In this document: one piece after another, positions 37,799 through 43,464 of the stretch
Position numbering within the stretch: position 1 is the first letter of the stretch
Layout of the letters: the number at the start of each line of letters is the position of its first letter
NCBI GenBank assembly: GCA_023231475.1
Contig: JALJEE010000636.1
Location: forward strand, 1-43,464
DNA length: 43,464 nucleotides
Reading direction: 5' to 3'
Source: Seison nebaliae
Lineage: Eukaryota
Translations under genes and position numbers: made by a program
Notes under the pieces: generated by a model
What the model was told of the DNA's origin: nothing
The model's input: the letters and a program-made list of their open reading frames with translations, nothing else
Database searches by the model: none

Positions 37799-39940
37799 AT
37801 GATACGTATTTTCAAACTATCCAATATTTCCTTTTACCTTAAGGAACTATTAGAAAAGATTGGATTTCCTTTCAAAATAATTGTACGTCCAAAGAGAATA
37901 TCATATTATCTTCTAACTATCATCATATTAGTAGTGTTGTTGAATTATTATAATTATTCATCAGTCAATCATATACACATTTCCCACTTATCAGAACATG
38001 GTTAATTTCCGTAATCTTTCTCGTGTTTAATTTACCGTCATCGTCTAGAATTTCCATGTATCAATAACGAAGAAAGTTGTTGTTTGCCTCAAATGAAAGA
38101 ATATGATAAATTATTCAATCATCTTCTTATCAATTTAAGATCTACTTCCAATTGTCCATCTTCAAAACCTCCTCCAATTCAATTGATTCATGAAAAATTT
38201 ATTTATAATTATCCATCTGATTGTCGATTAATTGAAGTTATTTTTAAAATTATATATTAAAATATCAAAATTTTTAGATAACTCAAAATAGTAAAGATAC
38301 TTTCCAGTACAAAAGGTCAGATGGAAAAAAATATGAAAATTATCAGGAAATTGATTGGAATGACTGGGAGCGAATAGAAAATGGAAGTAGAATCAATGTA
38401 GAATCGGAAGTGATTCAAATTGAATGCAAGAAGAGAAGCCAAATAATTTTCCATAAAATCTTTCCAAATATTTATAAAAAATTCAATCGACGAACTCATA
38501 GGAAGGATGAAAAGAAGTCAAATATTATTTTATTAGGAATCGATTCGATTTCCCGATTGAGTTTTCGAAGATATTTAAAGAAATCTTTCAATTTTCTAAT
38601 GAAAGAATTAAATGGAATCGAATTTAAGAATTATCATCGAATAGGTAAAACTTCGATATCGAACATATTTCCATTATTAACCGGTTATTCTACACGAAGT
38701 GCATCTTATAAAAATTATTCAAAAAATTTAAAATTTGATCAATTTCCATTATCTTTTTTCCAACTTTTTACCACATCTCATTTCACTTTATATACCGAAG
38801 ATTGGCCTCGATTCAATACATTTAACTATCTACAAAATGGATTTGAAAATGCTTCGTCTATTTTTTCATTATATTTCCGTCCTTTCTGGTTGGCGGTTGA
38901 GCGAGAACATTTATTAAAATCTCAAAATTATAATTGGCACGAAAACATCATTCGACCAATTCAAAGTTTTTTCAATGATAAACTTCAACGCTTCACCATG
39001 ATTCAACCAAGTTGGCGTGAACATTGTTATGGAAATCGATGGAAATTCCAAATCCATTTCAATATCGTTTTGGAAGCGCTACATCGTCTTCGAGAAGAAG
39101 ATTTAGGAAATGGATTATTTTTCGCATTCCTCAACGAAATAGCTCATGAATATCCATATGCTGTTCAATTAGTCGATGATCATTTATTGAAATTCCTTAA
39201 AGATTTTAAAGAAAATAAATTCCATCAAGACTCTTATCTCATATTGTTTAGTGATCATGGTAGTAAATATGGAAAATTTCGAGAAACATATCAAGTTTTC
39301 TTTCTTTCCTCTTTTTACAATATCTCATGTTTAATTAAAGGGATTTCTAGAAAGTTTACTTCCCACATTAATTATCGTTCCTCCCAAAAATATTGAACAA
39401 GAAAAATTGGAGAATTTGAAAAATAATCAAAAATTAGGAAAATTTCTTAATCTTTTTGACGTCCACGAGACTATGAGGGAATTACTCAATGTCACAACTT
39501 CAACTACTCGAGACGTTATTGGTACTTCATTAATATCGAAACTCATTCCAGTTCAACGACAATGTGCCAATTTCTCTATTGAACCATCTGAATGTGCATG
39601 TCAACGCATAATGGAGGAAGATTACCAGAATTGTCAAAATATTAAATTGACAAAATTATTAAAGACGATTCATTTAGATTTTGGAAGAAAATTGATTGGA
39701 AGTCAATGTAAGAAAGTGAAGTATCGATCTATTCAAATCGAACATGTGAAATTCCTTCCTAAAAAACAAATTTGGTTAATGATAGGTAAAGTTTCGAATT
39801 TGGATATTCTCTTCGAAGTCCAATTGACTTGTCATCAGTTTTATAATCGGTTACCATTGACCATTAATCGCATAAATAAATATGGTAATAATTCCTGGTG
39901 TACTAATAATTATTCGTTGAAACATATTTGCGTGTGTTGA
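37799..39940 (+). CDS. DUF229 family protein (alkaline phosphatase/sulfatase superfamily, type II membrane), 4 exons
   Basis: N-terminal TM segment, LGIDSISR, NIFPLLTG, FSDHGSKYGKFRETYQG..E..LP and a C-terminal RINKYG..C..CVC. Introns 38001-38048, 38237-38277, 39295-39340. Confidence 0.88.
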
Positions 39941-40090
39941 GAATGACAATTGTTTTTTTTTTAATCCAATCACTTTTTATTACGATCTCTTATAATCTTT
40001 AACATAACAATGTTGGTAAGCTAATGGTTGGTGCTAACAAAATGGTTATCAATAAATTTAACGACCTATATGACAAGTTATGAAAATATA

Positions 40091-40374
40091 GGGTTATTCA
40101 TTTGGTTATAGACCTTTATTCGGATTTTGAGGACTTTAATTTATTTCATTCGGACTTTTATTCATCGGATATAGATTTCTATTCATCAACTAAGGACAAC
40201 TGGTCATTCAATCTGGATATCTATTCATTTTCTAACGACTAATATTCAGTATTAATAAAGACAACTATTCATCGTGAACGGACTACTATTCATCCCTTAT
40301 GCACCATTATTCTTGTCATCCGGACTTAAAGTCCTCAAAATCCGAATAAAGGTCTATAACCAAATGAATAACCC
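40091..40374. mobile_element. MITE with perfect 49-bp terminal inverted repeats
   Basis: 40091-40139 is the exact reverse complement of 40326-40374. Flanked by TATA on both sides, with internal TATTCATC subrepeats and no coding capacity. Confidence 0.9.
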
Positions 40375-40906
40375 TATAACTCAAACTTCTTTTTACCAAT
40401 TTATTAGTAGAAAATTTTTAAGAATCCTATCAAGATCTTTCTCAATTGACAAACATTCATTAATTATATAAAATTATATTTGATTATTATAATTAAATTT
40501 TGTTCATTTATTCGAAAATTCTTTTTATATTCCAAAAAAAAAATAAAAAATTATTTCTTTTTATTATAATAAATATTTATAATCGTAATTACTTCTATCT
40601 AAAATTCTTTCTATTTGAAGAATTATTATTGATAAAAAATTAAAAAAATATTTTTTTGAGAAAAAGTTCGAAATGTCGAACATATTATTAAGAATTGACT
40701 ATGGAAACACAACTGAAATAGAATTGGGTGACTTGATTGATTTTTAGATAAGGAAATTGTTTAATAAAAATTTATTATTAGATTAGATTATTAGAATTCA
40801 TTGTAAAATGTTCAGATAAGAGATAAAATTCGAACAGTTTTTCAGATTCATAAAATATTCGGACAATATTTTTTCCTAAACTCTTTTCATTCACATCAAC
40901 ATTATC

Positions 40907-43277
40907 ATGGAAGAACGTCATAGTACTCATGCTTCGAGTGACGTGCCGAAAGCTGAATTTGAATCGTTTAAATCATTTCGTTTGAAACGGAAGAATAATC
41001 AGGATAATGGAGTACTACCGATATCATATGCAGGTGAATCATTTGCTCAGTTGATAGATTTGAAGATAAAAATGAGTCAACAATTGAAAGATATTCAAAC
41101 ACGACTCTATGATTCCCCACCATTCGGATCGAACGAACGTTTAACAAAACAATTTAGGAATAGTCTGGCTCCTCTCTTTCTCACACCTTCGATAACACCA
41201 GAATTTGTCATTCCGCCCACATTGAAAACATTGCAAGATAGAATCTCTCTTCGATTTCCAAATCATTATCAACCGAGATATGCTTTTCGGGATGAGGAGA
41301 AGAATGATATAAAAATTGATGTGAGTAAAATTTTGACAGATGAAAAAGAAGAGATGAAAAATGAAGAAATTGAGGGAAATCAATTGAAGATAACATCATT
41401 TGTTCGATCGATTGGTCGTATGATTGGAAGTCGAATTGGATCACATCGAGCTTCTGAAGTAGAGACGAGAGACGTTATTGCTTTGAATACGGAGAATGGG
41501 AAACCGATAAATTTTCCAACGATTCATGTAACTGAATGGAAGAATAAGAATAAAAATGATGATAATATGGATGAATCACGTAGTATGATTATGTCATCAA
41601 ATGGAGATAATTTAATGGATCAATTAAATGTAAAAAAGAAATTTTATTCTTTACTCGACGTTTCCACACATCTCTATCAATTGACATATTCAGGAAATCG
41701 AGATCGATGTGAAACAACGAAAGAATTTCGTCAAACGTCCAGATGTTCACTTTGTGAACATACTGGTATTGGTCAGACGATAAAGAAATCTATTAAACGA
41801 AATCGACCATTATTCAAATTCCTCATAACACCACAACTACAAATTTTAGATAAACCGATTTTGTTCAAATGTTTCAAAAATGATTCATCACTCAATCAAA
41901 TTTCATCTTTGATCTCTATCGAATTAGATATCGGAATCGAATTGAAATGTATCAATTTCGACAGTTTCGTAGCAACACAACATTTCGATTGTTTTAAGAA
42001 AAGTTGTTTCGTTCGTTTATTACAATGTCGTCATTCGATTTTATCGGAATTAATACCCAAATTACTAGTGATAACATTCGAACGGAAATGTGTTCCTCAT
42101 AAGAAGGGTAGATTGGAACGGCAAATTTTCGCTTTACCAAATGCTCAAGATTATTGTACTCAGAAATTTCTGATTGATAATGAGAATTATCTCTTCTCCA
42201 ACGATTTAATGGCAAGATTCGATTTGATTACTGAAGATACGATAAAATTTTCAAAAATTTTAGTCGAACTCGTTTTCTTCAAAGAATTAAAACAAACAAA
42301 AGTGAACACATCAAATTGTTCAGATTCGGAGAAAAATAAATTTGGCGGTTCTCCCTTTTCTATTTATGATATGGAGAAAGAGAAATCTTTCTTTTCTGAA
42401 ATGCATCATCATCGACAATGTACTTCGTATGGACAATTTGATAAAACTTATCAGAATTATATTCGACGATTGGAAGACATTTTAGAAAATAATTTAATTG
42501 TCGCATCAACGACAGTTCCATTAATGGAAAATAAAGAATATGGGTCAACTATTCAATTAACCAAAAGTAATCGTCATATGTTCATTACAAAAAATTCGGA
42601 AATTCGTTTTCTTTCCATTAAAAATGTTAAATTTTCTCCATAAATTTTTCTTTCTAATTTTCAATTTTTTCAGACATCTCTCGAATTGATGAGAGAACAT
42701 TCGATTAGTAATAATAAACGATTTACTGATTCTACAACCTGCACCATCCGTTTATGTCGTTTCAACACTTTCATTAAAATTACGAAAATTTATATTTCAA
42801 ATTTAAAGAAACATCTAATATATGGAAAACCAGGTTCCGTATATTTTTTCGTCCTTTATTCATTCTTTTTTAGACACATTCCTCTTGATTCAAATTTATC
42901 ACAACAGAAAATTCAGAAACGAATTTCAAACATCTATTTGTATGGAAACATCGTCACCGCAATGGAGAGATGATATTTTAATTCCGATACAAAGTTTCGT
43001 TCACACAAAAATCGTCGTCAAATTATATGATTGTACGGTGACTAATATATTGTGGAAGAAATCGGACAGTATCGATGCAAGCATCTTGAGAAGAATTCGA
43101 AGGAAACAAATTAATTTAAACGACGCTCAGAAACTTTATAATTTCGGAAGAATTATCAAAGAGAAAACCGCCCTATTCTTAGGACAGATCAATATCGGAA
43201 AATCAGTACTCTCAAATCTATCACCTTGTAAGGCAGATAATAATATTTTGGAACTAACTAAAATATTAAGGAATTAA
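40907..43277 (+). CDS. C-terminal C2-domain protein, C2CD4-like, 3 exons
   Basis: LTPSITPEFVIPP resembles the C2CD4 N-terminal LTPxxIPEFxIPP motif. C2-like C-terminus (KPDTFLLIQI..QTSI..SSPQW..VKLYD). Introns 42626-42673, 42834-42873. Confidence 0.6.
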
Positions 43278-43464
43278 ATTTAATTTCATGAAAAACCACC
43301 CATCAAACTATCATCATTATTCCATTGTGACATAGATATTTCTTCAGTTTCCCCCAATATTTCCAGAGAGAATGAAACATATGAAGATAATTTTGCTCAT
43401 TCAGAAACTCATATGGATTATTAGTTTTTTTCTAAACTCTCATTAATAACTTTCTTCTTATTCT

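Overview
This is AT-rich, gene-dense eukaryotic (metazoan-type) nuclear DNA using the standard genetic code, with mostly ~40-70 nt introns; I cannot name the species. Manual splicing gives Rae1 (-), a cyclic-nucleotide-binding-domain gene (+), ATR (-), FAHD1-like (+), a SUN-domain gene (-), CEP72 (+), Nup43 (-), CK2 alpha (+, almost entirely missed by the ORF track), a DUF229 gene (+) and a C2-domain/C2CD4-like gene (+). An accessory block at ~19.5-28.1 kb holds repeats, a decayed non-LTR reverse transcriptase, an intact ORF1-like gene and orphan ORFs. The most striking observation is that all 39 coding introns I reconstructed start GTT instead of GTR, with little other donor consensus and frequent AAG acceptors, which points to a rewired splice-site code. 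The apparently empty 1.4-7.8 kb region is rich in ncRNA. It has three intronic box C/D snoRNAs (snR77/SNORD65-like), a long C/D guide matching U5 snRNA U41 (scaRNA-like), an intron-split hairpin RNA, a divergent structured RNA with a telomerase-template-like motif and a weak U1-like candidate. Gene models and folds were read by eye and need RNA-seq and covariance-model confirmation.
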